From: Carcharhinus longimanus
Lineage: Eukaryota
DNA length: 64,000 nucleotides
Reading direction: 5' to 3'
NCBI GenBank assembly: GCA_030264375.1
Contig: JASCQW010000168.1
Span: 12,438,752 to 12,502,751 of the forward strand
Shown: positions 24,455-36,771 of the stretch, one piece after another
Numbering within the stretch: position 1 is the first letter of the stretch
How the letters are laid out: each line of letters opens with the position of its first letter
The notes under the pieces: generated by a model
What the model saw: the letters and a program-made list of their open reading frames with translations, nothing else
Database searches by the model: none
Told to the model about the DNA's origin: nothing
Position numbers and translations under genes: made by a program

Positions 24455-24874
24455 TTTTATTACAGCAAAGATCAGGATCCAGCATACAACATGACTGTTT
24501 TCTGCTTCTCATCTCCTCAATATTGTTAGCCCAAAAAATACTCATGAGCTCTGCATATTGGGCCCACTTTTCTATGTTTGTATCGTAGGCTTCAAGTTTA
24601 CCAATAAGAGGCATTTTCTTATCAGAGGATTATTTGAATGGTAAAGGTTATGCAGAGGGAAGAAAAAACTCACTTTATGTGCATGAAGTTCCACAGCTGC
24701 AGTATATATGTCCAGCCCTGGAGTCCCTCGACTACCGGCCTGAGTGCAGCCAGCAGGTTTTAATCACCCAACAACTCCCCCTTCCCTATTGGGCGAGCCT
24801 CCCCTCACTTAATAGTGGAGCTCATACTCTCCAAGGCCCACGGGGAGATCTATTAGCCATCATTACATCCACTC

Positions 24875-25990
24875 TCAATTTCAGTGAGTGTCTAGATCGG
24901 TCCCATTTAGCGAACATGGGACAGTCTCTGTAAAACTGTATGGTGGTCACTGCTACTAATACTGTTGTGGACAGATGCATCTATGATTGGTAGGTTGGTG
25001 AGGAAGAGGTCAAGTAGGTTTTTCTATCCTGTTAGTTCCCTCAGCACCTGTTGAAGACCCATTCTAGCAGGTATGTCCTTTTTGACCTGGCCAATTCAGC
25101 CAACTCAGTCGATGTTTGTGCTACCAGGCCGTACTTGGTGACGAACACTAAAGCTCTCCACTCAGAATGCATTCTGTGCCCTTGCCACCCTCAGTGGTTT
25201 CTCCAAATGGTGTTCACCATGGAGAGGTACTGATTTATCAACTGAGGGAATAGGTAGCTGGTAACCAGCAGGATGTTTCCTCGCCTATGTTCGACCTGAT
25301 ACCATGAGACTTCATGGTGTCTGGTGTCAATGTTGAAGAGTCCCACGGTGATTCCTTTCCAACTGTATACCACTGTACTGCCAACTCTGCTCATNNNNNN
25401 NNNNCCGGCCTGCGAGTGGCAAAGGACATACCCATGGTTGGTGATGGTGGTCCCTGGGACATTATCTGTACCGTATGATTCCGTGAATTTGTCCGTGTTA
25501 GGCATTTTCTTGACTAATTTGTGAGACAGCTCTCCCAGTTGTGGCCTCCCGATGTTAGTAAGGAGGACTTTGCAAGGTTGAAAGGGTTCACAAGGTTTGC
25601 TGTTGCCATTTCCGGCACTTAGGTGAATGCCGGGTGGCCTGTCCGGTTTTGTTCCTTTTAGACTTTGTAGCAGTTTGATAAAACTAAGTTGCTCAGCCTT
25701 TTCAGAGGGCGGTTAAGAGTCAACCACATTGCTGTGCATCTGGAAACACATATAGGCCAGACCAGGTAAGGACCGTAGATTTCATTCTCTAAAGGACATT
25801 AGTGAACCAGATGGGTTTTTACAACAATCGACAACAGTTTTGTGATTACCATTTAGACTAATATTTAATTTCGGATTTATTAATTGAATTTAAATTCCAC
25901 CAGTTGCTCTAGTGGCTTTAGAATCCATATCCACAGAGCATTATCCTGGGCCTTGATTACTAGTCCAGTGGTATTACCGCTACACCGTTT
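24875..25990 (-). mobile_element. 5' part of CR1/L2-group LINE: SINE-like head plus APE endonuclease
   Basis: KVLLTNIG..LGELSHKLVK..FTESY..DNVPGTTITNHGYVL..HEVSWYQVEHRRGNILLVTSY; head 25700-25990 matches 13090-13330. Confidence 0.8.
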
Positions 25991-27917
25991 TGTCCCCAAG
26001 CTGTCTCTGATTACTGAGGTGTCTCAATCTCTTCAATGCAATCCAAAAATCAGTTCCAGGAATGTTAAACAACTGATCCAATGAAGATCCTTTTCTGAGC
26101 ATGATTGAAGGGGAAAAAATGTATCCACAAATTTTGAAAATAATAGTACTTATTGAATACTTATTGTTTATACACTTAGAATACAGCAACATAATTTTTA
26201 GTATCTTTATGCTAATTTAGAGTTCCTTGTTTATTTTTGCAGAATTAATCTTCTCTGGGCTCATCAACACTAACCTACAAAACCCCAATAGTTCTGTGGA
26301 GATGTGTGGCTTCAGTTCCAAAATGCACATCTGGAAGGAATGTTGCATTTTTTTTTAGGTGAAAAAAAAATCTGCTCAGTTGCATGTGTGTAGTTTCTTT
26401 TTTTTTCAAGCCAAAGATTTCCTGCAGCTATAGAAATTTCCAGTGAAAGGCAAAAGGGGAAAAAAAAGCAGCTCCTTTTCTCAGTTTATCTACAAACACA
26501 ATACCGAAGCCATTGATTGATGATGACAAGTAAAAGTTCAATACCATCCCAGGAAAGCATGGAATTCTTTTTTTGGCACAAGTGTGTTAGAAATTATGAT
26601 ATGTCAGAACTTTTTTAATTACTCTCTGGTTTTCGAAATAGATTATTGCTGGAATGAAACAATACTCACATGTCATAATGATTAGCTTGGAAGTGACCCT
26701 CATATAGTTTAGACATCTGAATTCTATTCTAGTGTTACCAACGTGTTTTCAGCCCTGCCAAAAGTTTGAGCAGGTCTATATTTCCTTTAGAACATCAAAC
26801 CGAAGAGATTTATCATGGAGATTTATCATGGGACAGACATCCAGATGGTCTGGGTATTTTAGCTGTTGGTCTGGTGTGGGCCTGATTGGACCCATGTCAT
26901 TGCCTAGTTAGAATCTAATACATCAGCTATTCTAGGGAACTGCTTGACTTTCTTTGAGTAATGTAGAAATATTAATGTCCTGGCAGATGTGGAATAGCTT
27001 GTCATTTTAAAGGAAAACCAAGCCATACCCAATTACCCTTAATTATGTTATAATTAGAGTATGATTTGTGTTATAAAAACTGCTGGCTGAGAGAAATATT
27101 TATTCTGATAAATCACATTTAATGTGTGTTAAAATAAAAACCTCTCACAAAATGTTAAAAAGAATAATAACAAAAAGAGGAACATAGGAGGAGCGCTGCA
27201 GGATGAGAAGAATCGCACCTAACGTTACAGTGAAAGCAATAATACCCCTGATTTTGATAATTAAGTTGTCAACTGGAAATTATTTTTTGTTAATTAGTGT
27301 TAAACAACATGTATGGCTATGGCTGTCATAGAATTTGTACATTCTAGTTTTGTATGTAAGGTACTACATCTCTCATCATTCTAATAAATAAGGACAACTC
27401 ATTTCTATTTCAGGATTTGATTGGGTGATCAGTTTTGACATGCACTGTCACTACAAGATGATACAGTTCACTGAATCCAATTTTAACTGTTGATTTCAGG
27501 ATACTGTGATTTTGTTCTGTAACGTCTTTGATTTTCGCAGAGCTGGTGACTAAAATAGCATAAAAACTGATGATTAACCTTTGCACTGGTAACGAGACTA
27601 ACTATTAAAAACCAAAATGTTTATTTCACAAAATGGATAGAACTTAGTAAATAAAATGCATTTTGTCTTTCTGACACCAGTCAAATGTTCAGAGCAGCTT
27701 TTAAAAAAGGCTATCCCAGAATTGCAAATTAAGGATGTGAGGTGGTCTTTGCTTTGTATCCACACAAACTGTGAAGTGTAATTTTGGTGTGAAATTGTTT
27801 GATTCACATCTAATATTGCACTAGACCAGTGCTAGTGTCACTGACTCCTGATGCATTGGTTTCATGCAACTTGTAACTTGCATTTACTGGGTTTTTCTAA
27901 AGCTAATTTCCAAGAGG

Positions 27918-28145
27918 ATACAATCATGCAGCACAGAAAGGGGGCCAATTGGCCCATCGTGCATGTGCTGGCCCTTTGAAAAATCTATCCAATTAGTTCC
28001 AGTCACTTGCTCTCTCCCTGTGGCCCTGCAAATGTTTCCTTTTGTAAATATCCAATTCCCTTTTCAAAATTACAGTGACGCCTGTTAAATCCAGCACCCT
28101 TTTAGACAGTGCATTCCACACCTGGTAAAAATAGGTCTTCTCAGC
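27918..28145 (-). mobile_element. CR1 LINE 3' fragment
   Basis: catgcagcacagaaagggggccaattggcccatcgtg...tatccaattcccttttc...cagtgcattcca. Confidence 0.6.
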
Positions 28146-30369
28146 AAACAACCTTAGTGAATTCTGTTAAGCTTGTTTATTAGCTGTGGCCAGCTTTGTG
28201 ATAGTCACCTGTTGGGAATTCTTTTTCCCAAAAATATACTTTATTCATAAAATTTATCAACGTATTTTACATAACAGTTCGAATTTTACATTACACAAAA
28301 TGCAATATTGTTTAATTTATCTCAATACAGTAAGTGGCACTCTGAAATGCCTCACAAATACATACAATTATAGTATTGGACAATGGTGTCACAAGCACAA
28401 GTCAGTGCACAGCATGAGGAGTTTTTGGTTAAGTGGATGTTGGACCCACCTCCAGGAAGTAGCTTCACACCGCAGAGCAATGGTTAAAAATTTCCTGCTG
28501 GTCCATTGATTTCCCTGGACCAGGAAGTTTTTAACCTTCATTTTTAATCATCTTAATGTTAGCAGAAAGCCAGTGGTACAGTAAGCTCTGTGCTAACATT
28601 GAATTGTAACTAGCATTTGGATCCTATAGAGCAAAGCTTTTTGCATGCGTGGAAGCACTCATACAGAAAGCTAACTCCTATTCCCTCAGCTGGAGACTAA
28701 TGTGCATCACCAGTTGCCTTGGCTTTAGTTGGCCGATTTGCTACAGAACAAATTTTAAATTCACCTTTAATCCCAACGGCTGTTTCCAAATTTTTGTTGC
28801 TCTAAAAAGCTCCACATGACAAAAACTGCATTATCTCTCTTGCGACATTGCAGCTTTATTACATTGCCTTCATTTCTCAACTAGAAAATACAGTCATGCA
28901 GTTAAGTACATAATATACTGTGAGCTCTGCATCATGTACTACTATAATTAGCTTTGTCAGGTTCTAGCCTTACAACCTTTATGCAGATAATATGATAATA
29001 TGTCTTCATAACCAGATGACCTTACATGCACAATATTTCTCTCCTTATGAAGATTGCATGTCAATAAAGTAATTGACTCTCAGAAGCAGTGCCAAGTGAA
29101 GATACATGATTGGACTTTCAGAGCAGTGATGTACAATCATTATTATTCTCTGTGTCAGATATCTGCATGCAGGCTTCTGATGGTCATACAATGACAAGGC
29201 TGGGGGTTATGTATAGAGAGAGAAGAGAAAGGCTAGGAATGATATCTTCCAGTCAGATGATGCACCCCTCTGAGTGATCTTCCTTTTCCATCAATGTGAC
29301 ATTAAATTTTGAGCTAACAGTTATTGGTGTTGATAGGCACACCCCATGCGGTGAGCCAAACATGGTTGTTTTGATCCCTTGTTCTTTTATTTCCATCCCT
29401 TTTCCCTGTTTTCTGTCACCATGTCATGTTAAATCATTGTTTAGTGGCAGAAGCAGGACCCTCAGGTATTGCGGTATCAAGCTTCCAGAGGCATTATAAA
29501 ATGAATATAATAATGTGAACCGGAAAATAGCACAGACCACTTATCAGGCTGGAAAACATCTAATAAGTGTTGTTAGTGGTTTCTGTTGGGCACAAAACCA
29601 GGCGTTCATCCTCCAGTCATGCAGGTGTGGATTATGCTGTCTGAGAGTCCAGTTATGGGCAACCTTGGCAGATTACTATTGATGTCTGTCACTTCATGGC
29701 TGTCAAGCTGCTTATCTGACTTGCGTTCAAAGAAGCAGAGTGTTCTGGGTCCATGCTACACTGTTGTGCATGAAAAGAAATCTATAAAACCTAGACATTT
29801 GAGTCAAACAGTTGATGTAAATTCTGTTGCCCTTGGAGAATTTTGTTAATGAGTGTATCAAATTAATGGTTTTACTGGAGTGGTCCATTTTGAATGAGGA
29901 AGGTTTGAAAACGCAACAAGGAGGAACACCATGTTGCTGCAATTTCTATCCCCAGGTTCAGAATAACTAACGCACATTACCAAACAGATTGAAAAAAGAA
30001 CAAATATCAGTTTGCATCTTTACTTGTAAGGTAAAACTGCATGAGATGGTTTTCTGTTGTGGTGATTATTAATGGCCAGTAAATATATTTTAAATTTGCA
30101 ATTATATGTGCTTGGAGAAAGTTAATTTAGTACTCTGTGGAATGATCAGGATTAAGTGCAGTGCATGAATTTACTCTTTAGTTTACTTATTTTTTCATCA
30201 GATGTTGACATTCTAATATATTATTATTGTTGCATTATTATTGTGTCCATTGTCTCAGTATCATATATAAAGTTTATTATTACATCCAGCCATCACCTAA
30301 TTAAAGTAAATATTAAATTTGTACAGCTTCAAGTGCGATATTTGTTTTTTAAAAATTGCCCCTTCCAGA

Positions 30370-30740
30370 TTTGAGCACAAAATCTGGACTTATTTCAGCA
30401 ATAAGTTGAAATATTAGAAGCAGTTTTTTTCAGTTGTGGCATTAAAGCATAGTTCCATCTGCCTGGTTAAGTGAATATGAAAAGTCTCATACAGCAATTA
30501 AGGATTTAGCAAGGCATTTTCCTGACATGTTGGCCATCATTTCCCCCTCAACCAATACTGGCATAAAATTCAAATGAAGTGGTTCAGTCATTCATTTGCT
30601 GTTTGTTTCTAAGTCTTACTACGTATTAATTGGCTCTGAACTTTGCCTATATTAATAAAAGTGAAGTTGATTGCATTTCAAAAGTACTGTATAGGATGTA
30701 ACATGTTTTAGATACCCTAAAAGTTTGGTAAGATGTTAAT
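30370..30740 (+). mobile_element. DeuSINE-like element, old
   Basis: ttgagcacaaaatctgg...ttggccatcatttccccctcaaccaatac...tcatttgctgtttg...aattggct...catttcaaaagtac. Confidence 0.55.
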
Positions 30741-33700
30741 TTGTCATTTGTCAATTTTTGGTAAGATGCTAATTTGTCATTTGACTTCAATCATTGATCT
30801 GAGCCTTGTGGTTCATTAGCTGGTCTATCAATAATAATGAAGTTTGAACCATTCTTGGCCAGTCACTAGGACAAAGTTCCATTTTAAATGAGTATTTCAC
30901 TTCAGGGAAGGAGAAGATTCATATTTCCTGCTGTAGCTCACGACCACATTTTCTATTGGTTAAATAAATTAAGACCATATCTTCCTCTGCGGGCTAGTTT
31001 ATAAAACACTGGATATGAGTAAACGCATGACTAAGATCACTATAAAGCTGTAGATCTGTGTCTTGATTCTAGGATTGCAAGAGTTTATTGTAATTAACTC
31101 TGAAAAGCTTGCTTGTTAGACTGTTTGAAATGGATAATAAGTCTGTCCAATAAAGTATTGCTCAGAAGGTAAGAACAGCTAGACTTATGAGTTTGTTAGT
31201 GAGTGTGTGAGGTAGGTAGCCTGCATATGTGTAATCACACGAGAATAAATTTAGCAAGACTGTCTCTTATGAATGCACTCACTAATGAGATGGGCTACAA
31301 TTGTCCCCGTCCTGCTGGACTTGGAAAACTTTGGAGAGAAACCAGCCAGGATTCAATAGGTGAGATTTAATTTGAATAGATAATCTGGATTCCATTCACT
31401 TGTGGAATTGAGACGGAATTTGGCAGAACGTTCCTTGAAAGGATTGAACAAGTTTGGTAAAACCCATGAACAAGTAGATTATATGTTGCCTGAGGAGGGA
31501 CCACACTTAGAGATAGATAAATGGCCTTTTCTTATGAATTGTAATTTAACCTTTTTAATGAAGGAAATACCAAGTGATGTAATGCAGTGGTATAACAACA
31601 CATTTTACATTGAATACAAGGAAATGTTTCATATCCCCTGCATTGTGACTTTTTCATCCTCAACTGATGTTTCAGGGAAAGTTAACAAGTGGATATTTCC
31701 TGGAAAGAAAGGGAAGGCCAGTTGTAGTGAAATGCAATATGCGTATGATTTTGTGTGCATGTTTGTGTGCATTTCAGTACCAGTCATCCCACAGCAATGT
31801 TATTGATGCATTTACAGGTAAACTAAGTAGTGCAGGAGAAAGAAATGGAGGAATATGTTGACACTGTGAGGTGCTGTAAGATGAGAGGAAACATGGGAAA
31901 TGAAAAACTGTCAGATGTTAATTCATGCCCCCTTTATTTGCATATCAAGAAACAGTTCAAGGACTGCACTTTGCTAGAGGAAATAGATGGTGAATGATGT
32001 CATAAAAAGGCAGGAAGACTTGAGACCAAAGTGTTGAAGCATTTTGCTACCTTCTGATCCTGACTCTGCAGGAAGAGCTAACTTGGAGTTGTTTGCAGTG
32101 CACCAAATTCACCAGCAGGGAAAAGAAGATGGAGGCATTTGCACCAAAGCTATTGAAACTTCACAAGGACAACATTGCAAATAGCTTAATAACTACATTC
32201 CCTTCAAATTATTTACTTTTTACTGTATTATAAAAGATTGAATAATGAAGAGCTTTGACATTTTCAGTTTACAATATGTTTAAGTGTTTATGTTTCCATT
32301 CTTAGCACAGATTTGAAATTTTTGACTATAGTCATTTCTAAGATTTCCTCCTTCAACCTTTCTCATGCAGAAGTTTTGAACGTGCCACTTATTTTTCCAG
32401 TTAAGTTAACTCAAACTCGATGTTGATAAACACATTTTATGATTGCATGATTATAATCTGGCCTAAATAATCACATCCATGTGCTTGATTAGCTGTGGCA
32501 CACAGATAGCAACTGTCTAAATCCAAATATTATATACACCTTAATTGTTCTGCTTGATCTAGAGTTTATTACAAATGCTTTACATTAAAGATAATGCAAT
32601 TTAGATTTGTTTACAGCAGAGATCTGAATAAAACCAGATTGCATTTATTTACAACATGATGAACTGAGTTAAGCAGTGTTTAATGAATGAATCATATTGC
32701 ACAGGGAACCATTGTCAGTGCAGGAATGCATTTCACATTTAGTTCAAAACGTAAATTTTAACAATTGCGATCACATTGGTAAATAACTTACATTTATGCT
32801 TTAAACTTCATGTGATTGAAATTTCAGAAAACAAAGTGATTAGAAACATCATAAGTATTCTGGTAGTGGGAGAATCAATGCACAATCATATGCAGTCATT
32901 TGACTTCTAGTTACAGATTACACATGGTTGAGTTGCTCACTACATCGAAAATATTGCTGCATGAAAGAAAATGTTCCTCCTGGTTCTCCATTACTCTTGA
33001 CTTGCTCTATTGATTTCCACCTATCCGTACCTTGCTCAATTTTCACTGCCATCTTTCTTCAGCCAAGGTTGCCACTTCTGGATATTCAGGATTTCCGCTC
33101 CTCTGGTAGGGCACTTCTGAATACTAAAAATAAAATGGTTAACATCTGTTGCAATCATATACAGAGGAGTGATTGTACAAACATGGTTCAGAAGTGTTTT
33201 ATTAAATGAAATTAAACCCCTTGGATGTTTTTTAGTTGCCTACAATGCCACTCCAAGATGGGTCACAAGATGGCTAGAATGAAGGCAAACAAGATAGGAA
33301 GTATCAGATTTTTCTTCTCTCCTGGAATACGATGTTAATATACAGTTCATCAGTTACCAATAGTCAAGATGGTTTATAATTTGTTGAAGTGATTCAGGTT
33401 TAAAATAACTGCAAAGCCTTTGACTTTGTTAAAAACAGTGAAGATCATACCTGATTATTTCCACTGCATCCCCTTCACACAAGCAATTCAACTTAATTCA
33501 CATCACAATATTTAAATATGAACTCCTTACTGTTGATACATTGAACTCTCATAGTGCTGCAGCACTGAAATCCTCAGCAATATCTGATCCAGTGAAGAGT
33601 AACAGACTTGTGTTAACACACTAAACAGGGAGAGGATTAGTTGAAGGTAACTAAGATTTCCAAATGCACGTTGTCATGGAATTGGACAAGAAGAGTGAGG

Positions 33701-33944
33701 TAAAGTGGAAATCTTTGAAGAAACAGTCCAGTTTTGTGAAAAGATTTTCCCCTCCTCTCGACACTTGCTCAGATAAAGCTCTGAAAGCCTCCAGTAGTTC
33801 AAAGAAGTGGCATTCTTTATCTTTGAATCTATACATTTCAGTGGATTATAGAAAACATCTATTCCCAGATATAGGTGCACAACACAAACCTCAGCAACTA
33901 TTTCGTACAGCATGGCACTAAGTATGTAGTGTGACCACATCATG

Positions 33945-34468
33945 AGCACTGTGTGCAGTTTTGGTCTCTGTGTCTAAGGAAGGATAAACTTGTGTTGATG
34001 GCAGTAGGCGTAGCCTTATTAGATAGGTTCCTGGGATAAGAAGCTATTCTACAATGAGAGGCAGATCAAATTGGGTAAATACTCACTGGAGTTTAGAAGA
34101 ATGAGAGATGATCTCATTGAAATTGAAAATTCTGAAAGGGCCTGACAGGCTAAACACGAAGAGATTGTTTTCCCTGGAAAATCCACAACTCAGGGGAACA
34201 GACTCAGGATGAAGGGTACTTTTTTTAAGACTGAGATGAGGAGAAATTCCTTCACTCAGTGGGTTGTGAATCTTAATAATTCTCTAACTCAGTATTCTGC
34301 ATGTTCCCATCTTGAGTATTTTGTAGGCTGGAATAGATTGATTTTGATTCTTGAGAAATCAACGAATAAAGGGAGCAGGGAAGGGAAAGTGGCATTACTG
34401 ATGACCTATGACCAAATTTAATGACACATCAGGCTCAAGGGGCTGCTCTTTCTCATCTGTTCTTAAGT
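33945..34468 (+). mobile_element. CR1 LINE 3' fragment
   Basis: gagcactgtgtgcagttttggtctc...ggagtttagaagaatgagagatgatctcattgaaa...FKTEMRRNSFTQWVVNL. Confidence 0.8.
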
Positions 34469-36724
34469 TAACCTCACAAGTCATTGATAAAAGAGTAGAT
34501 GGTGTAGAGAATGTTAGGAGTTTTTCTTCTAAGCTCAGGGAGGGAAAATCCGGCAAATGTTGGTGAATGGTGAACTGAGATACCAAGGTCTCTTATCTCT
34601 GAGACTGAAACCAGTAAGTAAATGAGAAGGAACAGAGTCCATCTTTGACCAACAACTGAGTTGAAAAAGCCGAAAGGATCATCAATAATATCATAACTAT
34701 TGAGCCAACATCGACAGCATCTCCAACAAGCAATGCAATGGCAATAACATCATCAGCAAGTGATGCAATATTAGCAACATCAAGCATGACTCAGACATGA
34801 CCAGAAGCAACATGCACATCAATGCCTTTGCAGAATGCCAACTCGCTACTTGAGCGATCAAAGCCAAATCCACGAGATGGAGGCACAACATCCTACCACC
34901 CAAGTGATACCATGAATAATGTTTTTTCTCAAAAATAAAACTATAAAATACCCTGAAGGAGTTCAAAAAGTCAGTTGTTAACCGATTTTTGGGGAGGGAA
35001 AAAGAGCTATTGGTTGGAACACTGATATTGATATAGAAACTTTTTTTTCAAAGAAAGAAGGACGCTATTTTGCTATGTTGTCCCTGGAGGGTTGTGAATA
35101 ATAGTTAGTCTGCTGATGTCTGCAACAACTGCTGCTTTACTGCGATTGTGTGCTTAGTGGTGGTGTACCTATCTTGTGTGCTTAGTGGTGGTCTACCAAC
35201 CTGATGGAGAGTAGGAAGAAATAGATTCGACGAAGTTCCAGTATTTTGAGTCTGAATTGTGATTATTTCTTCAGTCATGAAAACCAGAAGACATAACACT
35301 TTATTCAGTGTGACAATGGCTGTCTGCTGTGCGCTGAAAGCTCAGGCTTTATATTTGCCTCACATAGGCTAATACTCCTTTCATCCATGCAATTGTAAAA
35401 TGTATTTATTTTGGGGCACTATTTGCAGATCTTCCTGTGGAAAAGATCTCAAAAGTTTCAGTGTATCAAAGCTCATCAGCTATTTGCATTTCCAGTACTG
35501 GGCCCCACAATCAGACATGATTTATTTGTTACCATTCCACTTTGGACAACATTTTTGTGGTTTGTTTGCATTTCTGTCAAGCCCTGGGATTTTTTTTTGG
35601 CTTTGGCAAGCGGTTTGTGCATGGAGTACAGAAGTGGATATATTTTGGAATGACTTTATAAATGTGAAGATGACGGATAGAGTAAAATTATTATTGTCAA
35701 ATGCAGAGCATCAATTAACAAGATAATATGCCAAGTTGNNNNNNNNNNAAGTAAATACAGATAAAGAGTTTGGTGAACAAAAATGATTCATGCTGATTGT
35801 TAAATACAGAATGTCATGCTGATAGCCGAGCATTACAGGAGCTCTTTTGCAAGTTTGAAAGACCTCATAACTCATTTGTGGCAAAGTTATAAAGTCTTTT
35901 TGACAAATAAAATAAGCTTTGCAGTTCACCCACATCACTGGTGTCGTTTTCAGATTTGTTTAATGAGAAATGCACTAAAAGTAGCCAAAGATCTCGGCCC
36001 TTTGGGCATGTGCTTTTACACGTAGCCCTCCCTGACCCCTGACCACCACCCCATGCTGACTAGATAGGGATACTTTTACTGACGGCTTGCATGAGATGCG
36101 AGTAGATGAACAGGGATCCATCTGTGAGAAGCTGATAGATTCTTTGCCACGTTGTTCCACTTTCCCTTGCAGCATTGATGAAAATGTGCTTCTGTTGCAG
36201 CCAGCCATTTGCATGAGCATGCACAGAACTGAAGATGACAAACGTGCTGTGAACTGAGCAGAAAAGCTGGTAAACGTGCAGGCACCATCTCCTATTGGCA
36301 TTATTTGGAGCAGGTGATAAAAAACATTTACAAACTTTATCATTGCTATGGCAAGAAACATCAGTGTAGGCAGATCAAATGGCTCGTTTCTTTGTGGATT
36401 ATGTGGTCACATTCTATAATTGTAGGGACGTGTTGCACCCCAGTGATGCCCAGTTACTACTTAATGCCCATGATTCTGAACACAAGGACCTCCCGATTTC
36501 AGCCATTCTACTATAAATATCAATAAAGGAGTACGTCATATGTAGAAAGAAATGAAGTAACTTGGTATTTTATTGTACCTTTGACAATCTAAGGATGTCT
36601 CAGAGCACTTCATGGGTGAGTGTGTATTGTTGCAGTGTAGTTATTGTTTTAATATAGGGAGCACACAATCAGTACGAATTCATGTATAGCAAACTTCTAA
36701 AAACAAAATTAAATAAATGGCTAG

Positions 36725-36771
36725 ATCATCTCACAGCACCAGGGACCCGGGTTCGATTCCCAGCGTGGGTC
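36725..36771 (+). mobile_element. SINE 5' head running into an assembly gap
   Basis: ctcacagcaccagggacccgggttcgattcccagc (B box); the 279-N gap is about the size of the missing SINE body. Confidence 0.7.

Larger units (their letters stand above)
22279..24867 (-). mobile_element. Gypsy LTR retrotransposon: 5' LTR remnant and gag-protease-RT, decayed
   Basis: gag start MPLIGKLEAYDTNIEKWAQY at 24614; LGKIRGAKAKVYVSPNATPKYFRARSAPYTL; LDMSHTYLQLEL; AVYLDNIL; LKSFLGLMNYYGKFI; LTR-like segment starting TGTAAT at 24867. Confidence 0.85.

Noticed and set aside
34600-35060. Ser/Thr/Ala-rich reading frame that could be an exon or an LTR-element integrase tail
   Set aside because: Interrupted by stops, with no splice signals or diagnostic motif; cannot assign
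19064-35195. Small tandem duplications (19064-19100, 26806-26830, 30724-30783, 35147-35195) and a hairpin at 28482-28536
   Set aside because: Ordinary slippage duplications or internal structure of decayed repeats; no shared pattern
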